From Pirellulales bacterium (lineage in GTDB: Bacteria > Planctomycetota > Planctomycetia > Pirellulales > PALSA-1355), in NCBI GenBank assembly GCA_022844125.1, contig JALHMI010000002.1:193236-257235 (forward strand): 64,000 bases of DNA, given 5' to 3'. Shown here one piece after another: positions 10,332 to 19,480 of the stretch. Positions within the stretch are counted from its first letter, which is position 1; each line of letters starts with the position of its first letter. The position numbers were made by a program, and so were the translations under genes. The notes below the pieces were generated by a model, which worked only from the letters and a program-made list of their open reading frames with translations, was not told the DNA's origin and searched no databases.

Positions 10332-11245
10332 GGGCGATTCGCTCCCGAGCGAATGGCGGCAACTTCCAGCGGATGCTTCGCGAGGAACTGCTCGACCAGA
10401 GGGATGACACGCTCGTAGGCGTCTTCGACGACGTAGTGGCCGGCGTCATCGAGCTTGTGCACTTCGCCCTGGGGGATGAACTCGAGAAATCGCTCGAGGA
10501 AATGCGGCGAGAAACACCAATCGCGCATCCCCCAGATGAACATCCAGGGATGCTCGGCCAGCGAGGGCAGGCCACGTTCGATAGCCAGCAGTGTTTCATA
10601 CGACGGATGCCGGGGTGACATGGGAATGTCCTCGACAAACCGGTATATCGCTTGCCGATGCGACCAGCTGTCGTACGGGGCGAGCAGTCCCGCTTTCACT
10701 TCTGGCGTCATCCGATCATGGTGTTCAACGGCCATCACGATTGCCGCGCGCGCAAAGGCGTTCAATCCTTGCACGGCGAGCTTTCCAAGAAGCGGTATGC
10801 GGCAAACGCGAATTCGCCACGGCATGCGGTCGGAACGAAAGGCCGCGGTATTGAACATCACGAAGCGGCGAAACCGCTGGCGATGAGCGAGCGCCGCGCC
10901 AGTGCCGATCGCGCCGCCCCAATCGTGCGCGAGCAGCGTAATGTTCTCGAGGTTCAGCTCTTCGACGAGTTGCCCCAGGTTCGCCACGTGCTGCGCGAGC
11001 ATGTACGGATAGTCGCGCGGCTTGTCACTGAGTCCGCAGCCGATGTGGTCGACCGCAATCACGCGATAACCTTTCGACAGCTTCGTGATCAGGTTTCGCC
11101 AGTAGAACGACCAGGTTGGATTGCCATGCACCAACAGGAGCACGTCCCCCTGCCCTTCGTCGACGTAGTGGTAGCGGTGACCGCCGATTTCCAGCTCGCG
11201 CGGCAGAAACGGATACAGCGAGCGCCAATCGGGACGAACGGACAT
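10328..11245 (-). CDS. Alpha/beta hydrolase of the haloalkane-dehalogenase (HLD) family
   Basis: LLVHGNPTWSFYWRNLI, the nucleophile elbow LLAHDWGGAIG and C-terminal DDAGHYVVED are present. Start set at ATG 11245 (MSVRPDW...). The ORF-track start at 11287 is possible. Confidence 0.75.
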   Translation of the reverse strand: MSVRPDWRSLYPFLPRELEIGGHRYHYVDEGQGDVLLLVHGNPTWSFYWRNLITKLSKGYRVIAVDHIGCGLSDKPRDYPYMLAQHVANLGQLVEELNLENITLLAHDWGGAIGTGAALAHRQRFRRFVMFNTAAFRSDRMPWRIRVCRIPLLGKLAVQGLNAFARAAIVMAVEHHDRMTPEVKAGLLAPYDSWSHRQAIYRFVEDIPMSPRHPSYETLLAIERGLPSLAEHPWMFIWGMRDWCFSPHFLERFLEFIPQGEVHKLDDAGHYVVEDAYERVIPLVEQFLAKHPLEVAAIRSGANRP

Positions 11246-11480
11246 GCAGCACATGCAACGGGCGGAGGTAGAAATGACCACCCGCAATATACCGGGCAGC
11301 CCGGCAGGGTCCCAGGGGCCCCGCCGTCAGCGGCGACATGCACCAGCGGGCATGCCCCGTGCAAGCGGCATATTTGCCAGTTCCCTGCTGGCGGCGGGCG
11401 TTGGCAGCCTGCCCGCGAGTGCCTACGATACAGCGAAAACCGGTCGGGGCGCATCCAGGGTTGTAGAATTGGAGGTATGC

Positions 11481-13676
11481 GTGGCCGCTTTGTCCCCTGT
11501 CGAGGCACCTGTGATCGAGCAAGCATTCCAGGCTGAACACTTCATCAACCGCGAGCTGAGCTGGTTGGCATTCAACCTGCGCGTGCTGGAAGAAGCAGTC
11601 GACGCCGCCAATCCGCTGCTCGAACGGGTCAAATTCCTCTCGATCTTCAGCTCGAATCTCGACGAGTTTTTCATGGTCCGCGTCTCCGGCTTGCGCGAAC
11701 AGGCCTTTGGCGACGGCGCTCCGCAGGACTACTCTCCCGACGGCTTGCGAGCGATCACCCAGCTCGAACGGGTCTCGCAGCAGACGCAAGAGTTGGTGAG
11801 CGCGCAATATCGCTGCTGGAACGACCTGGTACGCCCGCAACTTCAGGAAGAGGGAATTCGCTTATTGCGAAACGACGAGTTGGATGAAGCCCAGCGCGAG
11901 TCGCTCGATCGGTTCTTTCACACCCGGGCATTTCCGATTCTGACGCCGATGGCAATCGACCCTAGCCATCCGAGCCCCCACTTCCACAACCGGCAACTTT
12001 ATCTGGGCGCCATGCTCCGGCGGCAGCGCGGGCTGGGACCGCGCGAGCTGTTTGCCGTGGTGCAGTTGCCACAGGTATTGCCGCGGTTTGTACAAGTGGG
12101 ACCGCCGGAAGCAGTAGATTTCATTCTGCTGGAGCAGGCGATCGCGGCCCGGCTGCCAGACTTGTTCGGCGGCTTCGACACCTTGCACTGGACGACGTTC
12201 CGGATCACGCGCGACAGCGATATCGAGATGCTGGAGCAAGAGTCGGATGACATGCTGCGGCTGATCGAAGAGCGATTGAAAGCCCGACAGCGGGGCGACG
12301 CCGTGCGGCTGGAAGTGGCCGCTGACGCAGACGAAGAGCTGGTTCAGAAGATCGTTGCCGAGGAAGCACTCCGCGATACTTCCAAGGGCGAGGAAGGCTA
12401 CAGCGAGGTTTATCGCATTCCGGGCCCCTTGGACCTGACCGGATTGATGGAGCTGGTAAGCCTGCCAAATCGCGACTATCTGAAGGCCCCCGGGTTCACG
12501 CCGCAGCGGCCGCGGGGGCTGCAGGGCCGGCGCGGTGAAGAGATCTTCGGCGCGATCGCCCAAAGCGACATTCTGCTGCATCATCCGTTCGACTCGTTCG
12601 ACCCGGTTGTTGAGTTCGTGCAGGCGGCTGCCAAGGACCCTAAGGTCCTGGCTATCAAGCAAACCCTTTATCGCATCACGGCCGACTCGCCAATCACGCG
12701 GGCGCTAATGCAGGCGGCCGACAATGGAAAGCACGTCACGGCGCTCGTGGAGCTGAAGGCCCGATTCGACGAGGAACGAAACGTCGGCTGGGCGCGGCAA
12801 ATGGAACGGGCAGGCGTGCACGTGGTGTTCGGCTTTTTGGACCTGAAGACGCACTGCAAGGTCTCGCTCGTGGTGCGTCAGGAAGGTAGCGCGCTCAAAC
12901 GATACGTGCACCTGGGAACCGGAAACTACAACCAGAATACGGCACTACAATACACAGACCTGGGACTCTTCACCGCGGATGACGACGTGGGCGAAGACGC
13001 CTCGGCGCTGTTTAACCTGCTGACCGGTTACTCGCAGGGACATCCCTGGCGAAAGCTGGTCGTCGCGCCCGAGCATATGCATGCCCGGACGATTACGATG
13101 ATCGACGAGCAGGCCGAGCGGGCCCGGCAGGGGCGGCCCTCGCGGATTTTTGCCAAGCTGAACGCGTTGGTCGATTACCGCGTGATCGAGTCGCTCTATC
13201 GGGCGAGCCAGGCCGGCGTGCCCATCGAACTTCTGGTGCGGGGCATTTGCTGCCTGAAGCCGGGGCTGCCTGGCATTTCCGAGAACATCAAAGTCACCAG
13301 CATCGTCGACCGGTTTCTCGAGCACAGCCGGCTGTATGTGTTCAGCCCGGATGAAGAAGCACAGATCTATCTTTCCAGCGCTGACTGGATGCCGCGCAAT
13401 TTCCACCGCCGCGTGGAGGTAATGTTTCCGATCGAAGCGCCGGACCTGCGACGGCGGATCCTGCACGAGATCATTCCGATCTACCGCCGCGACAACATGC
13501 GAACGCGGATCTTGAGTACGGACGGGCACTATCACCGCACGTCGCCCGAGGGGCACACGCCGCATCGCGCCCAGGAAGAGTTCCTAACTATTCGCAGTGA
13601 GCCAGGCGAAGAAGCCGGCAACGGCCGCGCGACACAGAACGGGACTCGGGTGAGCGGCGAGTCGCAGCACGCATAG
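11481..13676 (+). CDS. ppk1: Polyphosphate kinase 1
   Basis: FINRELSWLAFNLRVLEEA at the N-terminus, and full-length similarity pattern to PPK1 including two PLD-like C-terminal domains. The in-frame GTG at 11481 has GGAGG 5 nt upstream and gives 731 aa. The ORF-track start at 11244 would overlap the divergent gene. Confidence 0.9.
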   Translation: MAALSPVEAPVIEQAFQAEHFINRELSWLAFNLRVLEEAVDAANPLLERVKFLSIFSSNLDEFFMVRVSGLREQAFGDGAPQDYSPDGLRAITQLERVSQQTQELVSAQYRCWNDLVRPQLQEEGIRLLRNDELDEAQRESLDRFFHTRAFPILTPMAIDPSHPSPHFHNRQLYLGAMLRRQRGLGPRELFAVVQLPQVLPRFVQVGPPEAVDFILLEQAIAARLPDLFGGFDTLHWTTFRITRDSDIEMLEQESDDMLRLIEERLKARQRGDAVRLEVAADADEELVQKIVAEEALRDTSKGEEGYSEVYRIPGPLDLTGLMELVSLPNRDYLKAPGFTPQRPRGLQGRRGEEIFGAIAQSDILLHHPFDSFDPVVEFVQAAAKDPKVLAIKQTLYRITADSPITRALMQAADNGKHVTALVELKARFDEERNVGWARQMERAGVHVVFGFLDLKTHCKVSLVVRQEGSALKRYVHLGTGNYNQNTALQYTDLGLFTADDDVGEDASALFNLLTGYSQGHPWRKLVVAPEHMHARTITMIDEQAERARQGRPSRIFAKLNALVDYRVIESLYRASQAGVPIELLVRGICCLKPGLPGISENIKVTSIVDRFLEHSRLYVFSPDEEAQIYLSSADWMPRNFHRRVEVMFPIEAPDLRRRILHEIIPIYRRDNMRTRILSTDGHYHRTSPEGHTPHRAQEEFLTIRSEPGEEAGNGRATQNGTRVSGESQHA

Positions 13677-13688
13677 GTTCTCGCCTTC

Positions 13689-16600
13689 CTACCTCAGCGA
13701 TTCCAGGAACGCGATCACGTCGGCCAACTCCGCGGGCGAGAGCACCTTGTCGAGGCCTTGCGGCATGATCGAGGTCGTACTGGGCACAAGTTGCTCGATC
13801 TCATCGCGGGCGATGCGCAGTTGCGCTCGATCGGTCGTGCGAAGGAATACGGCGCTGGCGGTTTGCCGCTCCATCAAACCACTATGGGCCTGGCCGTTCT
13901 TGGTGACAACGGAAAAGCTTTCGTAACCGCGGGCCAGGCTCGCGGCAGGGAACAGGATTGATTCGGCCAGATCGCGTCGATTGCGGATCGCACCGATGGT
14001 GCTCAGGTCGGGGCCGATCTTCTCGCCGCGAGGGCCAGCGCGATGGCAAGCGGCACAGGCTGCTTTTTGGTCGAAGAACAGCTCGCTGCCACGTTTGGCG
14101 TCGCCGGCAGGTAACGACTCCAAAACCGAGGCGAGCGTGACCGCGCGATCGTTATCGGCGGGAGTGATCTCCTTGAGCAACGTCTCAGCGAGCTTGTGGA
14201 CTTCGGCCGGATAACTCTTGATGACTTCGCGAAGCTGCCGCTCGCTGAGGGTCGCCCTGGCGGGGGACTCGGCGAGCGCTCTCATGAGGGCGATTCCAAT
14301 CACGGCATCGTGATCACCGGCATACGGCCCCAGCAACCACGGAAGTTCAAGCGGACTGGCCGAGCTCACCAGCGGCAAAACCTGCTTCCGCTGAGCCTGG
14401 TCAAGTTTCGATTTGCCGAGCGCTTCGGCAGCAGCCAGGCGATCGGCCAGCGATTCATCTCGATCGAACTGCTCAACCAGGAGCTCAAACGCGGCTTGGG
14501 AAAGCGGCCGCTCGGGCGAAGCGGCTGCCCGCAGAGCGGCGAGACGCACATCCGTGGCACGTGCTGGATTGAGTCCGATCGCCAACAGCGGCGAGGCAAG
14601 GCGTCCCGGTGCGAACCGCCGGGCAGCGAAAATGGCAGTGCGCAATAGCGCATCGTGATCGCGGCCGAGCGATGCGGCCAGCCCCTCATCGAACGTATTC
14701 GTCTCATCGAGATCGGCAGCCGAGAGCGCTTCAAGCAGCGCGATCACGACAGGCGACTGCGTTTGTGGGTCGGCCAGAGCCTTTGCCGCGCGGTGTTGCA
14801 CGGCGGGCCGCGCAGCAAGCGCCGTTACCGCTCCTCGCAGCGCTGCAAGCTGCTCCGCCGTGGGCGACTTCAACGCCAGCCACTCGACCAGCGTGCCGTC
14901 GATCTCTTCAGCCCAGTCGGGGTGACGGCCGAGGACGTCGATCACAGTTTCCAACAGCGCCGGATCGTCACTCGCCAGCAGCGGCGTAAGATCCCCCCGG
15001 GTGAGATTGCCGGCCGTCATCTGATCGAGTGCCAAAAGCGCCGCGCGGCGCACCGCGGGGCTTTGATCGGTCAGTCCCGACTGAGTCGACTTGCGGTCGT
15101 TGATTTCGATCAATGCGTAGATCAAGGCGTGTTCTTCGAATCGATCGATCATTGGTCGGCTCAGCGCCTTCAGGATCGCCGGCACGGCGTCTGCGCGTTT
15201 CAGCCGGGCCAGCGCCGTTGCCGCTTCACGGCGCACGGGTGGCTCGTCGTTCAGCATCCGATCGATAACCGCCAGAATTGAGGCCTGATCGCGAATGTCT
15301 CCCACCGCATTGACCGCGGCCACGCGGCCGGGGATGTCGTCGTCCGAAAGGGCCTGGCGGAGCAGTAGCCGAGAGTTTTCGGTGTTAATGCGAGCCAGGG
15401 CCCACATCGCGTGCTGCCGCGAGCGATACGCGCCTTCGAACAAGGCCGTGGCCAGCGCACCCATCGCGGCGTCGCCTCGCGGCACCAGAAACTCGATCGC
15501 CTGCTCGACAACCGCTGGCCGCGGGTCCGAGAACAGATCGGCCATTTCCGTGTCGGAAGTGGTTTCCCATGTGATGGCAAGTCCACGGGGATCGTCGACT
15601 TTCGCCGCGTCGTTTTTGCGGATGCGATAGATCGCCCCGCCAATCTCGGGCTTGGCGATCTGCGATGTTGGGCAGCCGATGCGGAACCAGCCGCCCGTGT
15701 CGATCACCAGCAGGCTGCCATCGGCATCGACCAGGACGTCGGTGGGATGAAAGTCCGCGCTCGTGGAGGTGAGGAACGGTTCGTCTTTGCTGACGAACGT
15801 CGCCCCTTCACGAGTGAGCACGTGGCGGACGACTTGGTGCGTATTGAACTGGGCCGAAAAGAAATTGTCGAGGTAATCTTCGCCCCAGGCGATGTTGTCC
15901 TGCCGGGTCAGGCCCGAGGGGGCCGTCACGCCGAACAGACTCAGAGAGGGCATCAGCGGACCGGTCGATTTGAACTCCCCAGTGCAAGGATGCTTCCGCG
16001 GATAGACGCCGCCGAAAACGTAGTGCACGAGTGCATCGTGCCGAGCTTCGTCCGGGTTATAGAACGTCATGGTACCGACCGGTTCGCCTTCGCGCGTGTA
16101 GGCCACTTCGACCGGGTTATCCATGCCGCCACCGGCAAAGACTTCGACATCGCTGCCATCGGGCAGGCAGGTGAAGATGCGCGCGGCCTCGCCCTTACTC
16201 TTGGTCGCGCCTTCGGCATCTTTGAATTCGTGACCGTGGCGGCCATCACACCAGGCGATGCGGCCGGTGGGTGTGACAAAGCAGCCGTGAATGTCCGCCG
16301 CATTGCCGATGTAGCCGAACTGGCCTACGAGCTTGGTGCGCTCGTCAGCCACGCCATCGTCGTCCTTGTCGACCAGTTTCCAGATGTACGGCGGACTGGC
16401 GACATAGACCGCGCCGCGAAACCAAACGGCTCCCTGCGGAAAGGTCATTTTGTCTGCGAATGTCGTCGCGCGGTCGAAGCGGCCGTCGCCGTCGGTGTCT
16501 GCGAGCCGCTGCACGCGGTTGGGAAGTTGCTTTTCGAGTTCCTCGGCCGGAAGGTTCAAACCGGCATTGTCGGCCACATACAGCCGGCCCTGGGGATCGA

Positions 16601-16778
16601 AGCCGGCCATCAACGGGTGCGCCAGCAGCGGCGGTTCGGCTACGAGTTCGACCGTAAAGCCGTCCGGCACACGCAACGTCTTGAGCGTCTCCTGCGGAGT
16701 CGCTGCCGAGGCAGAACTCGCAAAACTAAACAGGGACAGAACAACCAGACTAACGGACACGACGCGACGCGCAAACAT
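13689..16778 (-). CDS. PVC-type heme-binding protein: beta-propeller (membrane-bound dehydrogenase-like) + HEAT repeats + C-terminal cytochrome c domain
   Basis: Signal peptide from ATG 16778 (MFARRVVSVSLVVLSLFSFASSASA). N-terminal LKTLRVPDGF...DGDGRFD propeller region, a long Ala/Leu-rich HEAT region, and C-terminal CAACHRAGPRGEKIGPDLS heme-binding motif. Confidence 0.8.
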   Translation of the reverse strand: MFARRVVSVSLVVLSLFSFASSASAATPQETLKTLRVPDGFTVELVAEPPLLAHPLMAGFDPQGRLYVADNAGLNLPAEELEKQLPNRVQRLADTDGDGRFDRATTFADKMTFPQGAVWFRGAVYVASPPYIWKLVDKDDDGVADERTKLVGQFGYIGNAADIHGCFVTPTGRIAWCDGRHGHEFKDAEGATKSKGEAARIFTCLPDGSDVEVFAGGGMDNPVEVAYTREGEPVGTMTFYNPDEARHDALVHYVFGGVYPRKHPCTGEFKSTGPLMPSLSLFGVTAPSGLTRQDNIAWGEDYLDNFFSAQFNTHQVVRHVLTREGATFVSKDEPFLTSTSADFHPTDVLVDADGSLLVIDTGGWFRIGCPTSQIAKPEIGGAIYRIRKNDAAKVDDPRGLAITWETTSDTEMADLFSDPRPAVVEQAIEFLVPRGDAAMGALATALFEGAYRSRQHAMWALARINTENSRLLLRQALSDDDIPGRVAAVNAVGDIRDQASILAVIDRMLNDEPPVRREAATALARLKRADAVPAILKALSRPMIDRFEEHALIYALIEINDRKSTQSGLTDQSPAVRRAALLALDQMTAGNLTRGDLTPLLASDDPALLETVIDVLGRHPDWAEEIDGTLVEWLALKSPTAEQLAALRGAVTALAARPAVQHRAAKALADPQTQSPVVIALLEALSAADLDETNTFDEGLAASLGRDHDALLRTAIFAARRFAPGRLASPLLAIGLNPARATDVRLAALRAAASPERPLSQAAFELLVEQFDRDESLADRLAAAEALGKSKLDQAQRKQVLPLVSSASPLELPWLLGPYAGDHDAVIGIALMRALAESPARATLSERQLREVIKSYPAEVHKLAETLLKEITPADNDRAVTLASVLESLPAGDAKRGSELFFDQKAACAACHRAGPRGEKIGPDLSTIGAIRNRRDLAESILFPAASLARGYESFSVVTKNGQAHSGLMERQTASAVFLRTTDRAQLRIARDEIEQLVPSTTSIMPQGLDKVLSPAELADVIAFLESLR

Positions 16779-16843
16779 CTCAAACCTGCGGCAAATGACC
16801 CGGGACAACAAGCTGATGGCCCCGATTGTAGTCCAAACCCGGC

Positions 16844-18289
16844 TTATTCGCCGGGTTTTTGCGCGGGCTCGTCGGCTGATTCGGAGGCCGGCTTTTCGCC
16901 CGTGGCATCCTCGGCGTCGCCCTTCTTCTTGGCCCGGGCCTCGGAGTTGGCTTTGTATTCGGCCAGAGTTTCCGCGGCCAGATCTTTGCCTTCGAGCAGC
17001 GCGTCGAGATCCTTGGAAAGCGCCTCTTCCAGGTTCGGCAGCAGGCCGACCTTGACCACCTGCACGGTCCCGTCCTTGCCGATGATCACGGTCTGCGGAA
17101 TCGCGTTGGCTCCGTAATCGCGGGCCGCCTTGGCGTCCTTGTCGAGCGCCACGACCACGTCCGGCAGCTTGTTGGCTTCCAGAAACGTCTTGATCTCGTC
17201 TGGACCTTCCTGCAGGTTCACGGCGTACAGCTCGACGCCCTTGTCCTTATACTTGGCGACGACCTTTTCAATGATCGGCATCGCCCGCACGCACGGGCCG
17301 CACCAGGTGGCCCAGAAGTCGAGAATCACGATCTTTTCGCCCTTCAGGCTGGCCAGGTTCAGGTGCCCACCGTCCAGAAGTTCCAGTTCGATCTGCGGAG
17401 CAGGCTTGCCAAGCAGCTCGCTTGGAGCAGGTTCCTCCTGCGTGCGTCCGGTAACCAGCTCCATCATCGAATCGACACGCTCGGCGTTCTCAGGAGCCTG
17501 GAAAACGAATGTCGACTCGTCGAACTTGGGAGCCGTATCCCAGTCGGTGTAGCTGACGATGTTCGTAATCTTCATTTCGGCGAACGGCGACGGCTGATCT
17601 TGCGACTTCGCCAGCCGGGCAAAAGCCTTCGCCAGATCGGGCTTGAACTGACGCACGAGCGGCTCCTTGCCGGCATCGATCCACAATTCCCAGTCGAACT
17701 GCTCCTGCGTGGCCTTGATCAGGTGGCATTCGGTTTCGCCGAGTTCGACGATCCCGCCATATTCAACCTTCTGAGCACCGCCCAGCATGTTGGCCGCTGG
17801 ATCGTCGGACACGATCGCGACCATCACGCCGCCAGCGTTTCCGAAACCGATCGAGCCAAGAACGATCGGATTCTTGAACAATTCCGAGAACGTGGGCGGG
17901 GCCTCTTCCACCGCGTACTTATCGTGCGTCGACATGAACAGCGAGACTTCCTTGCCGTCGCTGACGATGCTCGCCTTTCCCTGTGCTGAGTCCAAGGCGT
18001 AGGCAAACTTGTTGGGCTTCTCGACTGCGAAGTTCTGGATGAATTCTTGTTCTTGCTTTTGCCCCTTTTGTTCGACAGTCAGCGCGATCGTCACTTTGAC
18101 CTTGAAGCCGTCGAGACCCGCATAGTATTTACCAAACGCTCCAAGCACTTCACGGGCCTTGGGATCGACTTCCGCTTCCTGGGCAGTTGCCTCCCGAAGG
18201 ATGGCCGCCGGGGCGACGACTAGCATCGCGGCAAGCAGCAAGTACGAAAGCAGACTGCGGCGGGCGAAAAGGCGTGGAAGCGGCATCAT
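16844..18289 (-). CDS. LolA-like (DUF2092-type) domain fused to a TlpA/thioredoxin-like thiol:disulfide oxidoreductase
   Basis: N-terminal signal or anchor. C-terminal ILDFWATWCGPCVRAMP (CGPC active site) in a redoxin fold. Acidic/Lys-rich low-complexity tail. Lies 65 nt upstream of, and co-directional with, the heme-binding protein. Confidence 0.7.
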   Translation of the reverse strand: MMPLPRLFARRSLLSYLLLAAMLVVAPAAILREATAQEAEVDPKAREVLGAFGKYYAGLDGFKVKVTIALTVEQKGQKQEQEFIQNFAVEKPNKFAYALDSAQGKASIVSDGKEVSLFMSTHDKYAVEEAPPTFSELFKNPIVLGSIGFGNAGGVMVAIVSDDPAANMLGGAQKVEYGGIVELGETECHLIKATQEQFDWELWIDAGKEPLVRQFKPDLAKAFARLAKSQDQPSPFAEMKITNIVSYTDWDTAPKFDESTFVFQAPENAERVDSMMELVTGRTQEEPAPSELLGKPAPQIELELLDGGHLNLASLKGEKIVILDFWATWCGPCVRAMPIIEKVVAKYKDKGVELYAVNLQEGPDEIKTFLEANKLPDVVVALDKDAKAARDYGANAIPQTVIIGKDGTVQVVKVGLLPNLEEALSKDLDALLEGKDLAAETLAEYKANSEARAKKKGDAEDATGEKPASESADEPAQKPGE

Positions 18290-18526
18290 TCGGATCCTAT
18301 GCGGGTGCGTAAGGTCGAGCTTAGTACGGGAGGGCATGCGGCCATACTTCGACGGCTGTGGGGGCTGGCCGTCTTGGAAGCCAACTCAGCATAACAGTCG
18401 GCAACGTTTCCAGCTACTAACTGGCGCGCTTTGTGGAAGAGGGATTGGCGTTCCACCGACCGCATCCGTTACGATTCAGCCCTGACGATGGCGTACTTCT
18501 GAACTCTTTCGCCCCCAACCGCACCC

Positions 18527-19405
18527 ATGCAACGACTTGCCGCCGGACCGCTCGAATACGAATTCAGCCGCCACCGCGAGCCTCGCGCTCGCATCGCCTC
18601 GGGCGAGACCCTTATCGTCGAGAGCGAAGATGCCTTCAGCGGGCAAATTCGAACCGCCGCTGATCGCCGAGACAAACGCACGCAGCCGTACAGCAATCCG
18701 CTAACCGGGCCGATCGTGGTCGACGGCGCGGAGCCGGGCGACTCGCTGGCCGTCACGATCGAGTCGATCGAGCCGACCCTTGCCAAATGCGTCACGCGCA
18801 CGAGTGACCCAAAGCAGCTCTGTGAGTGGCTGGGAGATGACTGCCCAAACGGCACGCGGGTGTGCGAGATCGCAGGCGGTATGATCCAGTGGAGCGACAA
18901 GATCTCGATTCCCTATACGCCCATGCTGGGCTGCATCGGAACGGCGCCCAGTTGGGGGAGCCCCACGACGCTGCCGGCCGGGCCTCACGGCGGGAACATG
19001 GATATCGTCGAAGTCGCGCCTGGCAGCACGATCTATCTGCCGGTGTATGTGCCGGGCGGCTACCTGTATCTGGGGGACGCGCACGCCGCGATGGGACATG
19101 GCGAACTTTCGGCCAGCGGGCTCGAAATGCCAGCCGCGAGCAGGATCACCGTGCGACTTGAGAAGGGGCGAACGGTTGCCGGGCCGCGGATCGAGACCGC
19201 CGACTCGATCATGACCGTGGTCAGTGGCACACCGATGGAGCGGTCGGCGGCTCAGGCATTCGCCCAACTCATCCTGTGGATGGAAGCCGACTATGGGTGG
19301 AATCGTTGGCAGGCTTACGACCTGCTAACGCACGTGGCCCAGACTTCGATGGGCTACTACGGCATCGGCACGATCGGCGTGAAGGTGGCCAAGCGTTACT
19401 TGTAA
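18527..19405 (+). CDS. Acetamidase/formamidase family amidohydrolase
   Basis: ETLIVESEDAFSGQI...NPLTGPIVVDGAEPGD...GPHGGNMD...YLGDAHAAMGHGE are typical FmdA/AmdA family segments. Confidence 0.75.
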   Translation: MQRLAAGPLEYEFSRHREPRARIASGETLIVESEDAFSGQIRTAADRRDKRTQPYSNPLTGPIVVDGAEPGDSLAVTIESIEPTLAKCVTRTSDPKQLCEWLGDDCPNGTRVCEIAGGMIQWSDKISIPYTPMLGCIGTAPSWGSPTTLPAGPHGGNMDIVEVAPGSTIYLPVYVPGGYLYLGDAHAAMGHGELSASGLEMPAASRITVRLEKGRTVAGPRIETADSIMTVVSGTPMERSAAQAFAQLILWMEADYGWNRWQAYDLLTHVAQTSMGYYGIGTIGVKVAKRYL

Positions 19406-19480
19406 AAACTTTGCGGTGGGTGATCGCGTGATTTAGAATCTCCCAACGGTCTATCCCATCCGCTTCCAAGGAGTCAACCC

